The notes: generated from the sequence alone by a model not told the origin. A stretch of DNA of 64,000 nt from Fibrobacteria bacterium (GCA_015232855.1 JADFYW010000002.1:5490-69489); one strand, 5' to 3'; positions 1-11,040 are shown, numbered from the stretch's first letter. Numbers and translations: made by a program.

Positions 1-2
1 TT

Positions 3-1520
3 ATGGGCACTATAGATATGTTGGCTTTTTCTCTAAAGAATAGCCTGGGGGATGAACGGTATAGTCGTGATGTAACTTTGTACGGTCTACGCCGGGCCTT
101 AATTGCACTCATGGTACATTTCCCCGTTTATCGTACCTATATTAATAGTTCGACCTTTACTTCTGCTGACAAAGAAGTTTTGGCGAAAGCGGTAAATGCT
201 GCCCGGGAGACCAGACCGGATTTAGTACATGAACTGAATTTGCTGGAATACTATTTTCAGTTAGAAAATGCCGGAGGGCTTAAAGCAGAAAACCAGGAAA
301 AACTATTGCAGTTAATTATGTATTTTCAGCAGCAAACGGGCCCACTTATGGCCAAAGGTTGTGAAGATACTGCTTTTTATGTGTATTACCCTCTCCTTGC
401 TTTAAATGAGGTCGGTGGCAATCCCGGACGATTTGGGTATGACCTGGCCGAGTTCCATGCCTGGAACAAAGATCGTGCCCGAAATTGGCCATTGGCACTG
501 AATGCCACAGCCACTCATGATACGAAAAGAGGAGAAGATACGCGCATGCGGCTTCTGGCCCTTTCAGAACATCCTAAGGAATGGGAGAAACTGGTAAATG
601 GCTGGTCACGTTACAACAGAGACTATAAAAAGATTCGGCGTGATACGGTAATGCCCAGCTGCAACGATGAATACATGCTGTACCAGACCATTACAGGCAC
701 CTACCCGCTGGCAGGTGATCATGATAACAAATATGTAGAGCGGATTAAATCCTATGTTTTAAAAGCAGTAAAAGAAGCTAAAGTGCACACCGCCTGGATA
801 AAACCCGATGAAGAATATGAAAATACCTGTGTAGAATTTGTCGAAAAAATCTTAGACAATAAGCGAAAAGATCTGTTTTTACCAGAACTTAAAACCTTTA
901 GCCAAAAAATATCCTTTTTTGGGATGCTTAATTCTCTTACCCAATGTGTGTTAAAAATGACGTGTCCGGGCATTCCTGATTTTTATCAGGGTACTGAACT
1001 CTGGGATTACAGTCTGGTTGATCCCGACAATCGCCGCCCCGTCGATTATACCCATCGGGCAGAGATGCTGGCAGCAATTCAAGGAATGATGGTATCAGAT
1101 AATACAGCAGAGAGGCAAATACTTCTGCAATGGAAAACAGGTATTCCAAAAATGTTTCTTACCCACAGAGTTTTAAAATGGCGTAACCAACATGCTCAGT
1201 TTTTTGAAAAAGCTACTTACCAGCCCTTATCCTGCAAAGGAAAATATAAAAACAATGTTATTGCTTTTGCCCGCAACGAAAATTCACAGTGGGCAATTGT
1301 ACTGGCACCTCGCTTTTACTCCAAAGTAGTTCCTTCCGGAAAAATGCCTTTAGGAAGCGATACATGGGAAGATACTTATGTTGTTCTTCCCAATGGGGCC
1401 CCAACAAACTGGGTAAGTGTTTTAGATAATCGAAAAGTAACCTTTTCCGGTAAAGCGATGGTAGGAACGTTGTTATCAGCTTTTCCTGTAGAAGTGCTCC
1501 GGTCAGGAGAAGCGGTATAA
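3..1520 (+). CDS. treY: maltooligosyl-trehalose synthase, C-terminal part (5' end lies outside the window)
   Basis: The frame is open to the window edge. The translation contains NATATHDTKRGEDTRMRLLALSE and PGIPDFYQGTELWDYSLVDPDNRRPVDY. I recognise both as hallmark stretches of GH13 TreY enzymes. Confidence 0.8.
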   Translation: MGTIDMLAFSLKNSLGDERYSRDVTLYGLRRALIALMVHFPVYRTYINSSTFTSADKEVLAKAVNAARETRPDLVHELNLLEYYFQLENAGGLKAENQEKLLQLIMYFQQQTGPLMAKGCEDTAFYVYYPLLALNEVGGNPGRFGYDLAEFHAWNKDRARNWPLALNATATHDTKRGEDTRMRLLALSEHPKEWEKLVNGWSRYNRDYKKIRRDTVMPSCNDEYMLYQTITGTYPLAGDHDNKYVERIKSYVLKAVKEAKVHTAWIKPDEEYENTCVEFVEKILDNKRKDLFLPELKTFSQKISFFGMLNSLTQCVLKMTCPGIPDFYQGTELWDYSLVDPDNRRPVDYTHRAEMLAAIQGMMVSDNTAERQILLQWKTGIPKMFLTHRVLKWRNQHAQFFEKATYQPLSCKGKYKNNVIAFARNENSQWAIVLAPRFYSKVVPSGKMPLGSDTWEDTYVVLPNGAPTNWVSVLDNRKVTFSGKAMVGTLLSAFPVEVLRSGEAV

Positions 1521-1577
1521 CCTTGACCAGTCATTGTAAAGGTGTATGTACAGATTTAATTATGGCAAATTATTTTC

Positions 1578-4412
1578 TTAAAAGGTATAACCAATAGAAA
1601 AATGAAACTGGCCGGGATCTTCCCCGCTTCGCTTTGCCAATTTTAAACCATAGAGTAATCCGATAGGACCGATTGGCGTGAAGTACCGCAATCCGCCGCC
1701 TGCAGCGCTTCTGCCATCAGAAAATGGTTTATCGGCAAAGGTCTCACTTAACTGTCCCCAATCATAAAATGTGCAAATCTCAAAACCAAATCCGGCATAA
1801 AATCGCAGCTCTGTTGTAAATGATAAGAGCCGGTCTTTACTTACCGCCCTGCCTTCTGCGTTCCGCTCCATTAGATTTTCACTATACCCCCTTACACTGT
1901 TTGTTCCGCCAAGATAAAAAGCATTATCGGGTGATACGACTCCGCCAGAAGTACGACTATGTACAAAAGCAGCCTTGCTGCGAAAGGCAAGGGTAATGGG
2001 TTTTACAGGAGTCAAAAAGTATTTGGCCTCCAGAATATAGCGATTAAAATCATCTATATCATTATCCATTCCTTGTGAGAAATCACTAAAAAAACTAACG
2101 TAGGTGCCGTTTTTAGGCTGAATAAAACTATCCCGACCATCAAAAATAATTTTAGGAGAAGTTACCAGTGCGTTCCTTGGATCAAGAAAATCTCCTGCGG
2201 CGTTATTTGTATCACCATCGACATCACGCCATTCATACCGGAATTCCAGTCCGGTTAATATATATCTACATAACCGACGGTTTAAACCAATAGAAGCTCC
2301 AAAGGTCTGTAAGGCATAATCCTTATTAAACTCCTGACGATCTTCATGATAAATATTAAAAAGTGCAGCAATACCGGTTCTAAACAGTTCCGGTTCCAGG
2401 ACATTAGCTTCAACCCGATAATCAAGGAAATTCAAACCATCATTAAACCATTGGTACCCCAGACGGTTTATTCCACCATCAAGCCAGGCATGTTTGTTTT
2501 TGCCAAACAGATTACGATTGCCTGCACGGGAATTGATAAAAACTCCGTTATCACTTTGATATCCCCCTGAGGCCTCAATATAATATTGGGGCTTTTCCAG
2601 CAAATCTATAAACAAATGTGCCTCTTCACCCTTTTCCCGCAATCCAACGGGACGGATAACAGCAGACTTGAAAATATCCCGTTGCTGCAGACGCTTTTGC
2701 CCTTCAACCACTTTACGCATGCTGAAAGGGTCTCCCTCGCTGAGGCGGACAATTTTACTCAGGTACTGTTCATTGGTAGTAAAATTCCCGGAAAAATAAT
2801 ACGCTCCCATCTGCACATTTTCTCCTGGCTGCACCCGGTACACAACACCAACCTCTGAGCTATCTGCGTTAAAAGCAAGATCATTCTGTATCTTTACATG
2901 GGGATATCCCTCTTCCGCTGCGACGGCGGATAGAATATTGGCCTGTGTTTTTACCAATCCGGAAACAAATGGCTTTCCTTGTTTCAGAGTAAGAGACTTT
3001 TTCAGTTTCTTCAATGGCACTCCATTTTCAGAAATAATAGAGACATCCCCCATTAACCGGCGTATACCTTCTATAATGTGAACATGGACTAATGCCGTAT
3101 CATACGAAGGTGATAAAGAAACTTCTTTAGTCAGAGCAACCCGTTCAAACCCTTCATTTCGATACATGGTTTGTAAATAATAGAGGTCTTCATCCAGTAT
3201 TTCAGGAACATAAGGTGACTTGCCGGGCTTTGTGGCAAACCAATCCAATATTTGTTTGTTTGAATAAAATACATTACCGGTAATCTGTAGAGCCTCAACC
3301 CGGGTTGCCTGACCCTCGCTAATAGTAAAAAGGATCCGTTTCTCGGCAGGATGACTCGTTATAATAGTATCGTTATGTAAAACTTTAACTTGAGCAAACC
3401 CATTCCGAATATATATATCCCGTATTTGCTCCACCATTTCAACGACCCCTAAATTATTTCTGTTACCATTGGAATACATCGGAGAATTTTTCGTGAGTGA
3501 CCTGCATTTTTTTAATTTTTTACACCCCTGTATGTTAATAACATATTTAAAACCCTCGTTAATTTTAATCAGTGCATGGGCCTCCCTGTTCAGAGTATCA
3601 TAGTTAATCTGATATTTAATCTCCGCTTCCGGGAAAAAAAGTGCAGAATGAAAGAGTTTTTTCTTCCGGTAAAGCGTCAGAATAGTTTGTATATCCTGGC
3701 GAAGTTCATTTTCTTTAAAACGCCCAGCCATACCGGGGAGCAGACTTAGCCGCCATGACTGGCAGTTCCATTTTATCCGGCTTGCGGAAAAGGCGTCTCC
3801 ACCGGAAATTTCAAAACTCGCCAGTCTGAAATAAGGCCCTTTTTTAATTACTACCGAAATCACCCAATATCCATCCACGGTATCGAGGTATGAAGTGATG
3901 TTGATAGCAGCATTATAAAAGCCTTCATTCACATAGAGGCGTTTAATATTATCTTTTTGTTCCTTAAAACTTTCTTTATCATAAGATGCTCCGCGATATA
4001 TGGACATAGCATTGCGGATATCACTTTCAAACAGGGGGTATTCTCCCTGTATCTTAATTTTTTTTATATAAGTATGGGGAGTAAGAAAAAGATCAATCGT
4101 CTTCTTGCGAGTATGCTGTGTGCTGTCTACCCGTATTTCTTTAAATCGCCTGGTGTCGTTTAAGCTTATTAATGCCGAAGTTAATGATTCTTGAGATACC
4201 GATTCGCCTTGCCTCCATCCAAACACTCTTATTGCCAAATTTATAAGCTTCAGGCTATCGGCTGCGTTTCGGGTTAAGCGGATATCCCCCATAATAACAG
4301 CAGGTTCGACGCTTTTTAAGCTACCCGTATCGGACGGTGTTAATGCCGAGGCACCCATTAAGAGGAACAGCACAAAAGATAATATGTATGTTGATTTAAA
4401 ATAATCCGTCAT
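1578..4412 (-). CDS. Omp85-family outer-membrane protein (BamA/TamA-like: POTRA-type N-terminal repeats plus C-terminal beta-barrel)
   Basis: 944 aa with a hydrophobic N-terminal signal-like segment and no lipobox Cys. The C-terminal half is glycine/aromatic rich and ends in FHFSIGYTF, an aromatic beta-signal. Its ATG overlaps the stop of the upstream TamB-like gene (ATGA at 4409-4412). Confidence 0.7.
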   Translation of the reverse strand: MTDYFKSTYILSFVLFLLMGASALTPSDTGSLKSVEPAVIMGDIRLTRNAADSLKLINLAIRVFGWRQGESVSQESLTSALISLNDTRRFKEIRVDSTQHTRKKTIDLFLTPHTYIKKIKIQGEYPLFESDIRNAMSIYRGASYDKESFKEQKDNIKRLYVNEGFYNAAINITSYLDTVDGYWVISVVIKKGPYFRLASFEISGGDAFSASRIKWNCQSWRLSLLPGMAGRFKENELRQDIQTILTLYRKKKLFHSALFFPEAEIKYQINYDTLNREAHALIKINEGFKYVINIQGCKKLKKCRSLTKNSPMYSNGNRNNLGVVEMVEQIRDIYIRNGFAQVKVLHNDTIITSHPAEKRILFTISEGQATRVEALQITGNVFYSNKQILDWFATKPGKSPYVPEILDEDLYYLQTMYRNEGFERVALTKEVSLSPSYDTALVHVHIIEGIRRLMGDVSIISENGVPLKKLKKSLTLKQGKPFVSGLVKTQANILSAVAAEEGYPHVKIQNDLAFNADSSEVGVVYRVQPGENVQMGAYYFSGNFTTNEQYLSKIVRLSEGDPFSMRKVVEGQKRLQQRDIFKSAVIRPVGLREKGEEAHLFIDLLEKPQYYIEASGGYQSDNGVFINSRAGNRNLFGKNKHAWLDGGINRLGYQWFNDGLNFLDYRVEANVLEPELFRTGIAALFNIYHEDRQEFNKDYALQTFGASIGLNRRLCRYILTGLEFRYEWRDVDGDTNNAAGDFLDPRNALVTSPKIIFDGRDSFIQPKNGTYVSFFSDFSQGMDNDIDDFNRYILEAKYFLTPVKPITLAFRSKAAFVHSRTSGGVVSPDNAFYLGGTNSVRGYSENLMERNAEGRAVSKDRLLSFTTELRFYAGFGFEICTFYDWGQLSETFADKPFSDGRSAAGGGLRYFTPIGPIGLLYGLKLAKRSGEDPGQFHFSIGYTF

Positions 4413-7400
4413 TCTATTTCCAGATAAACTTTAATTTCTCCGCCAAATTTTCCTTCTGAATCCTGAAAACCGTTCAGGATAAGGTTCTCACTTAATTTAT
4501 ACTCAGCCACCGCTTTTTGAACGACTTCACCCTTTTCAGATTCCAACAAATATTTGGTTTTCAGACGTTTAGAAAGCTTTTTACCAACGGTCAGCCTGAG
4601 ACCTGTTTGTTGCCCTTCCCCACCATCCAGCACAATTTCATCAAATCCTGTGGCTTTTTCAATCTTACCAGAATATGAAGAAGCTAATACTTGAGCCAGA
4701 AGCTGGGTGGCAGAGGTCGTGTTACCAAAGTCCTCTTTTCCGGTCAGTTGACTGATGGTCTTTCCGGTAAGGATAAGGGAGAGAATATCTTCATGTTCCA
4801 GACCCGGTTCCGAGCTTAAACTAAAAGTGAGTGCATGCAATTCACCAGATAAAGAAAGAAATATCTTGTACTCGCGGATATGAGTCTCGCTTTTAATATC
4901 CAGTTCCGGAGCAATTTTATAGGGATTCGTGAAAAAAATGTTCCCGCGGGTAACATCAAACTTTTTTTTGCGGAAAAGAATATAACCACTTTCAATAGCG
5001 GCCTTTCCATTAATAACAGGTGACATGGTTGTACCTGAATAACTGAGATTCGGCCGAACGGCAAGTTGGGCAAGATTGTTTTTCACCATAAATGGAGCAG
5101 CACTTTTTACAGCAACATTCCATTTAATATTTTTCCAAAAGGCTGGATGTTCTTCGTTATTATGAGAAACATCAGGTCGTTTCTTTTTTATGCTTTCCCA
5201 CACATTTATCTTTACATCTTTGTGGTATAGTCCTTCTACTACGAGAATATTCCCGTTGACGGTTCCTCCTCCATCAACACCGATATTGCCTGCAAAGTGC
5301 AAATCTGAATTCAAAAGCATATACATCATCCCCGGAACCTGTAAAGGTGCAGCATTGGTAGTTAAATAAGCCTGCACATCCCCAAAGTCCCAGTTGTTGT
5401 GGGCAATAGCTCCACGGAAGTCAATAGCACCTGTTTCCCATAAACCGTTTAACCCTTCTACCACAATACTATCAGGTTTTACTTTTATTTTAGCGTTTAC
5501 ATCATGGAAATTCTGCTGTAGTCCCGGTACCGTCCAGGAGGCGTTTTTAATTGAGACTTCAGCGTTAACCAATGGCTCTTTTCCACTTCCTTCTATGATT
5601 CCATCAAGCAATAACCTTCCTGATAAATCGGACATCACCGGTACCCATAGTGGTAATAATTTTAAAGACAGATCTCCCTTTATTTTCAAATCCGGATCAC
5701 CAGCAGAAGTTACCTGACCAGAAACCGTTAAAAATCCGTTTTCAAGAGTCTGCAGCGCCAGGGTATCTATGTAAAGGGTCCGGTTTTTATAGGTTAGAGA
5801 AAAGTGTTCCACGTCAGCAAGAGCCATGTTCCCAATACTGGCTTCCGAAACTCTAAAGGATGCTTTAAACAGGGGATTATTCAGATTTCCCTGACCGGAA
5901 ATCTCTGCGGTTAAAAGACCGTTTATAAATTCAGGCATAACGTTACCCATATGTTGTAATGGGAATTTTGGAACATTGAGCTGTATTTGATAATTTTTAT
6001 TCAGGGTCACAAAACCCGTACCACTAAATGTTTCATTCTCTCTTGTTTGTCCAATTACCTTTTGGAAAATTATGCTGTCTTTTTGAAATATTGTCTGTGT
6101 TTCAAAACTTTCAAGAGTATAACCAGAAACATCAATTGCTTCTCCGGTTATCACTAATTTCCCGTTAAAACCACTGTCTGGTGCATGAACAATATGTGAT
6201 AGCAGGGAAAGGCGTCCCTGGAGGGAATCATTGCAATCGTGTAAATTAAAGCCATCGCTCATTAGTTCGATTTCTCCGTTTAACGAAGTTAAGAGAATCG
6301 GAGAAGATTGAAATAACGGTCCCAGAGAACCCCTGGCATGCACCGTTGAGTTACCCGCATTCAGCAGGAGTTGTTTAATATTTGCCCGGCCGGCGGAATC
6401 TGTTTCTGCTTCTAAAGCTACACTGTCCAGGTGAAAATTGTTATACCGTAAACCAACTCCCGACATCTGCATTGCCAGAACTGGTTGCTGAATAAAACCA
6501 GTGATACTGCCCTGTCCGCTAAAAACACCTGCCGCATCCTGATTTACTATACTCTTTATATAGGGAGAAATCTCACCTGTTGAAAATGAAAGATTTGCGT
6601 CTAGTTTTTTTGTAGCTATGTCAAAAACGCCTATACCTCTTAGAAACATCTCTCTTTCATGAATTAAAATGGAGTCAATCCATAAACGGGATGAGTTGGT
6701 TTCAATATGGATATCGGCAAAAAAAGACAATGGTCTCTGCAAACTTTCCCAGGAAGATGCCTCTTGCGTAAGGCCTGAATCCTGCTCTGAACCCCGGCTT
6801 TGTCCCAGGTTAGCCTGAAAGAGGGAGTCGAGCAGAAAATCACCTAAAAACAGTGAATCTGCTTTAATGCTACTGGTAAAAACCTTACTATTTTGTCCCC
6901 CTTTTCCAACGGTAATAAAGGGGATGCCCCCATCAGCGTTGAGGCTTAAAGCAGAATTTCCATTTTGCAATGCTAACACCAGTGAACTATTACCTTTATT
7001 TAAAGTTGCGATTCCTGAAATATTCCCAAAGGCGTAGTTTTGATACTTTAATGCTTTCGCCTCTATTTCTGACTTCAAACTTAAAGCGGATAAAATGTTT
7101 TGTTGGTTTAAATTTCCACTAACAACAATTGAATTTAACACATTGCCCTCTATGCCCTCTACACCAAATGAGGATAAGGTGTTTCCGACACTGGGAATAA
7201 TCGTCTTTAATGTGCCTTCGTAAAAGGCTGTGGACAGTTTATACTTACCGGTAAGATGCAATTGTGTTGTTCCATAAGCCATTTCTAATTTGCGGCAATG
7301 GATAACACCGGAAGCAATATCGGTGGACAGGTTTATGGTTCCGTTCAATAACGACCTGATTTTTTTTCCATAGCCAAAATCAGTCAATTTCAAATTCGTG

Positions 7401-8638
7401 GTAATAGTTGCCTTAAGACTATCGGGATCCAATCCTGTACCCGTAAGTCGGAAAATTCCCTGTCCCCTTCCTTGTACGGGTTTCTGTTGCGAACCCAAAT
7501 GTTTGAGGTTAAGGCCCTTTGTTGTTGTTACCAATTGATAACTACACCGGTTCAGATATTTCTCCTTCCCCATAAGACCATTTGGAAAAACCTCGTTCAT
7601 ATTCACATCACCTGATACAAACACCTTCCCTTCAAACAGCGAAAGCATTATGCTGTCTATGGTAACTTTCTTATTTCTTAAACGGATGGTTCCTGCAGAA
7701 GGCCCAATGTTAACGGTTTTAACATTTCCACCTGTGTAATCAAGGTCAGCAATAATTTGCGGATTATTCAGGGGTCCTTTAATCTCTATAAAAAGACCTG
7801 CATCACCGGTAACTATTTCTTTTGAGTTAATGGCTCCTGTCAATTCTGGTAAATGAGCATCGGCTTTTAAAGACAAGTCAAAAAGTGGTACGGTAAAAAG
7901 GTCTTTTATTTGTCCAATAATATTGATGGAACTCTTTTGACTTTGTAATTCGATACTCAGACTATCTATGGATCCTCGTTTCATGGCCGCGTTGAATATG
8001 GCTTTTGTCAGAGGTATTTCTGCAGTTCCAATTGACAAGAAACCTGAATCCAGCTTGATTTCGAGGTTTGCATCCCGTCTGGGCAATATAAGACCTGCTT
8101 TAAGCCTGATATCAGGAAGGGTATACTGGGTTTCATTTGTTTTATCCCGATAATTAAAATTGGCATTGGTAACTAAAAAACTTTTAAGGTCAAAAAAAGG
8201 CATCTGGAAGGGTGTAGTGGATTTTTGTTTTTGATCCTTTTCCTTTGAATCAATCAGGGCATGTATCAGATTAAGCTGTCCGGTACTATCTACTTCAAGC
8301 TTTGCCCAGGGAGTGGAGAGATGAAATTTATTAACCACATATTTATTTCTGATTAACGATAACAGATTTACCTGCAAGGTAAGATGTTCAAAACCAGCCA
8401 AAGGTGACCCATCGATATTCAAAAGCCTGGCCTCAGTACAATCGACCTGGCCATTAAAAAGAGAAAGTTTTAGGCTTTGAAAAGTAATTGAACCCGGTAG
8501 CCGGGTATTAATATTCCGCAGGACAATTTCATGGACAAATGAAGCATTGAGTAATAAGGAAATACAGAGGATCAAACAGGGAAGGGTAGCTGCCGGGAGA
8601 ATTACAAAAAAGAATGTCTTTTTCCGAATAAGTGACAT
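4409..8638 (-). CDS. tamB: TamB-like translocation and assembly module protein (AsmA-like/DUF490 C-terminus)
   Basis: 1409 aa with a single N-terminal membrane anchor (FFFVILPAATLPCLILCISLLL) and a long beta-rich body. The C-terminal region reads IFLSLSGELHALTFSLSSEPGLEHEDILSLILTGKT, matching the DUF490 pattern as I remember it. It is translationally coupled to the Omp85 gene. Confidence 0.7.
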   Translation of the reverse strand: MSLIRKKTFFFVILPAATLPCLILCISLLLNASFVHEIVLRNINTRLPGSITFQSLKLSLFNGQVDCTEARLLNIDGSPLAGFEHLTLQVNLLSLIRNKYVVNKFHLSTPWAKLEVDSTGQLNLIHALIDSKEKDQKQKSTTPFQMPFFDLKSFLVTNANFNYRDKTNETQYTLPDIRLKAGLILPRRDANLEIKLDSGFLSIGTAEIPLTKAIFNAAMKRGSIDSLSIELQSQKSSINIIGQIKDLFTVPLFDLSLKADAHLPELTGAINSKEIVTGDAGLFIEIKGPLNNPQIIADLDYTGGNVKTVNIGPSAGTIRLRNKKVTIDSIMLSLFEGKVFVSGDVNMNEVFPNGLMGKEKYLNRCSYQLVTTTKGLNLKHLGSQQKPVQGRGQGIFRLTGTGLDPDSLKATITTNLKLTDFGYGKKIRSLLNGTINLSTDIASGVIHCRKLEMAYGTTQLHLTGKYKLSTAFYEGTLKTIIPSVGNTLSSFGVEGIEGNVLNSIVVSGNLNQQNILSALSLKSEIEAKALKYQNYAFGNISGIATLNKGNSSLVLALQNGNSALSLNADGGIPFITVGKGGQNSKVFTSSIKADSLFLGDFLLDSLFQANLGQSRGSEQDSGLTQEASSWESLQRPLSFFADIHIETNSSRLWIDSILIHEREMFLRGIGVFDIATKKLDANLSFSTGEISPYIKSIVNQDAAGVFSGQGSITGFIQQPVLAMQMSGVGLRYNNFHLDSVALEAETDSAGRANIKQLLLNAGNSTVHARGSLGPLFQSSPILLTSLNGEIELMSDGFNLHDCNDSLQGRLSLLSHIVHAPDSGFNGKLVITGEAIDVSGYTLESFETQTIFQKDSIIFQKVIGQTRENETFSGTGFVTLNKNYQIQLNVPKFPLQHMGNVMPEFINGLLTAEISGQGNLNNPLFKASFRVSEASIGNMALADVEHFSLTYKNRTLYIDTLALQTLENGFLTVSGQVTSAGDPDLKIKGDLSLKLLPLWVPVMSDLSGRLLLDGIIEGSGKEPLVNAEVSIKNASWTVPGLQQNFHDVNAKIKVKPDSIVVEGLNGLWETGAIDFRGAIAHNNWDFGDVQAYLTTNAAPLQVPGMMYMLLNSDLHFAGNIGVDGGGTVNGNILVVEGLYHKDVKINVWESIKKKRPDVSHNNEEHPAFWKNIKWNVAVKSAAPFMVKNNLAQLAVRPNLSYSGTTMSPVINGKAAIESGYILFRKKKFDVTRGNIFFTNPYKIAPELDIKSETHIREYKIFLSLSGELHALTFSLSSEPGLEHEDILSLILTGKTISQLTGKEDFGNTTSATQLLAQVLASSYSGKIEKATGFDEIVLDGGEGQQTGLRLTVGKKLSKRLKTKYLLESEKGEVVQKAVAEYKLSENLILNGFQDSEGKFGGEIKVYLEIE

Positions 8639-8831
8639 TGTTGTTCTGGAATTTAGTTGTTAATACCTTTTTTTTATCGTCCTGTATTTCTAAATATTAG
8701 AACAAGAACAGCCAAAAGAGATGATAGATAAATCCACCTCTTTTAACAATAAAAATACATTCTCCTATTTTTAGGTTTATTCTCCAACTTAACAGGAAAA
8801 AAATATTCTAAAGGGCCCTAACCAGTATTTA

Positions 8832-8852
8832 TTGAAAAGCCACCCTTTTCAA
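8832..8852 (-). terminator. short hairpin downstream of the esterase-LRR gene
   Basis: TTGAAAAG-ccacc-CTTTTCAA, with 8-bp arms, lies 15 nt after the stop at 8867. Confidence 0.35.
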
Positions 8853-8866
8853 CAGAAACTCGTTAT

Positions 8867-10897
8867 TTACAGAACAAGGAACTTGATAGAATGTGTTCCT
8901 GCTTCGGTGATCGTTTGAAGAAGATATATTCCTTTTTTCAGTCCATTTACCGTCCAGGTGGACAAGTTTTGACTAGAAGAAAACTGTTTTGATTTTATTC
9001 TTTTCCCCTGAAGATTTACAATATTGAGCACAACATTCTCTTGAGGTTCTAAAAGCCTGATACAGACTTCTTTTCCTTTTGAACGTATGTTTATCGCAAA
9101 TGGGGAGAAATTTTCTTTATGTTCAATTCCTGTTACACATTGCTGACTTATCTTCCAGTTACTATCCACCGAATTTTCATTGACCCATGTTTCTACGGTA
9201 TCAGGTAATTCACAAAGCTTGTTGCCGTTCACATTCAAGGAGTCAGGTATTAACCTTGTCAACTCCAAAGGCAACGTAGTTAGGAGATTGTTATTTAGAT
9301 TTAATGCCGTGAGATAGCTTAGCTGACTTATTTCTGGAGGTAATTGAGTCAGTTCCATATCTGATAAGTCTAAAGAAATGATATGGCCATTTACATCTTT
9401 TTCAGAAATTGATTCAACGGATTCAACCCGATTATTCGCGTCCAAAATTACCCTCACAAAAGAAGAGTCTCTGGAAAATGGTGTGTACACAGGTAAATTT
9501 GAAAAATGGACTGCCCCTATGCCATTATTATTTATCACCATCGGCTCATTGTTCCAGGGAGTACCTTTGAAACTTATAGCAGTAACGCCCGATACCGGCC
9601 CGGAAAAGTTTAGCATAATTTTGTGGCCGTCAATAGCCGGAGAAGTAACCGTTATGTTTGCGCCGGTTACCTCAAAAAAGCTCAATGCCGCTATGTCAAA
9701 AAGATAGGTATCTGACTTGTTTTTCATATACAAAGTGATCTGGTTCGTACCGGTAATTTCTGCCCAGTCTACCTGAGGGGCTTCTACATTGGAGTTATCA
9801 ACGCCATAGAGATCACGGGCTATTAATCCATATATATGATTACCAAATAACTTATAACCGGTTCCATAGGTGTAATGACAATTATCTATATAATGAACCT
9901 CCCCGGATGTAGACATTATCTCTACGTCTTCAATTTCTTCCGCAAGCTGCCTGTGGGCTTCTTTAATTAACAATATGTCCTCCACCGGCATCATAACTCC
10001 GGGACTACTATAACAGCCATTTCTTATCTGAAAAATGTACGTCTTTTCAATAGAAGGGTAATCTTTTAACCAGTCCTTATGTAATGCTACCCAATACTCT
10101 TTATATTCATTTATTCCCATCCCCCAATTACTCTCGCCCTGATGCCAGATGACCCCTCTAATACCGTTATTAAGCCCGGCTTCATTTACCCGCTTAAGCA
10201 ATCTGCCATAATTAGTAGTCTGATCAGTAGGATTACTATCATTTCGAGTGAAAAATTGTATAATCATCCCGCCATGGGCACCATTCAAAATTGAAACAGG
10301 GATTTTTTGATTATCCACAATACGCTTAGCCAGGCGTAAACCCCATTGCCCCGTATTGCCATTAGTCTTTCTGTTGCCATCTCCCTGTCCCACGAACCAT
10401 TTTAGGGGAGAACCTCCCTCATTACCATTACCAAATACCCGAATAAAGGGACTGTTGTTTTCAGCTGCACTGCCCTCCATGGAATAAGCTTCAGCGTTTG
10501 ATTGCCCCTGAATAACATAGACATCACCTGCAACTATTTGAAAAGCAGAATCAATTGGGGTACTTACGCCCCCCGCCACCCCATATACCCTGAATTGGTA
10601 ATTGGCCAGTTCGGCCTTTATTTTCTGAGAAAAATTAAAGGATACGGTATCAGCGGTGTATTTCAATTCCTGGGAAAGCGTACACAAAGGCACATTTTCA
10701 CGGTATACATTTACTCGTAACTCCGAGTAAATGGTGTCATCGAGCTTATCAGCTATTCCTTTAATTATAACATTGGCACTATCAGTAACGGGATCACGGG
10801 CATAAAGCTTCCAATGACGGGGGAAGCTGGTAAAAACAACTCCCGCAGATATATCACTAATCAACAAGAAAATAAATAAGGAATAAACTTTCATCAC
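8867..10897 (-). CDS. secreted SASA/DUF303-type carbohydrate (sialate-like) O-acetylesterase fused to leucine-rich repeats and a T9SS-type C-terminal domain
   Basis: Signal peptide present. GDVYVIQGQSNAEAY and GVIWHQGESN match the esterase family motifs. The LRR stretch reads LDLSDMELTQLPPEISQLSYLTALNLNNNLLTTLPLELTRL. The C-terminus GIYLLQTITEAGTHSIKFLVL resembles a Por/T9SS sorting domain. Confidence 0.6.
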   Translation of the reverse strand: MMKVYSLFIFLLISDISAGVVFTSFPRHWKLYARDPVTDSANVIIKGIADKLDDTIYSELRVNVYRENVPLCTLSQELKYTADTVSFNFSQKIKAELANYQFRVYGVAGGVSTPIDSAFQIVAGDVYVIQGQSNAEAYSMEGSAAENNSPFIRVFGNGNEGGSPLKWFVGQGDGNRKTNGNTGQWGLRLAKRIVDNQKIPVSILNGAHGGMIIQFFTRNDSNPTDQTTNYGRLLKRVNEAGLNNGIRGVIWHQGESNWGMGINEYKEYWVALHKDWLKDYPSIEKTYIFQIRNGCYSSPGVMMPVEDILLIKEAHRQLAEEIEDVEIMSTSGEVHYIDNCHYTYGTGYKLFGNHIYGLIARDLYGVDNSNVEAPQVDWAEITGTNQITLYMKNKSDTYLFDIAALSFFEVTGANITVTSPAIDGHKIMLNFSGPVSGVTAISFKGTPWNNEPMVINNNGIGAVHFSNLPVYTPFSRDSSFVRVILDANNRVESVESISEKDVNGHIISLDLSDMELTQLPPEISQLSYLTALNLNNNLLTTLPLELTRLIPDSLNVNGNKLCELPDTVETWVNENSVDSNWKISQQCVTGIEHKENFSPFAINIRSKGKEVCIRLLEPQENVVLNIVNLQGKRIKSKQFSSSQNLSTWTVNGLKKGIYLLQTITEAGTHSIKFLVL

Positions 10898-11006
10898 ACT
10901 TTTCCTAAATAAATTTTATAATCAAGTTTTTCGGCATTTTTTAATTTGTTTTCAGTAATTTTATTAACAATCAAAAACATAGATAGTTGAAATCCTAATT
11001 TCTAAG

Positions 11007-11040
11007 TCCTAAATCCTAAACAAACGTTTTGGATTTAGGA
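11007..11040 (-). terminator. hairpin downstream of the 1466-aa gene
   Basis: TCCTAAATCC...GGATTTAGGA is a 10-bp perfect stem, extendable by 3 A:T pairs. It lies about 50 nt after the stop and has no clean U-run. Confidence 0.4.

Noticed and set aside
10990-11040. TCCTAA(A) heptamer-like repeats, considered as telomere-like or satellite sequence
   Set aside because: There are only three direct and two inverted copies, which together form an ordinary hairpin after a gene. It is reported as a terminator-like hairpin.
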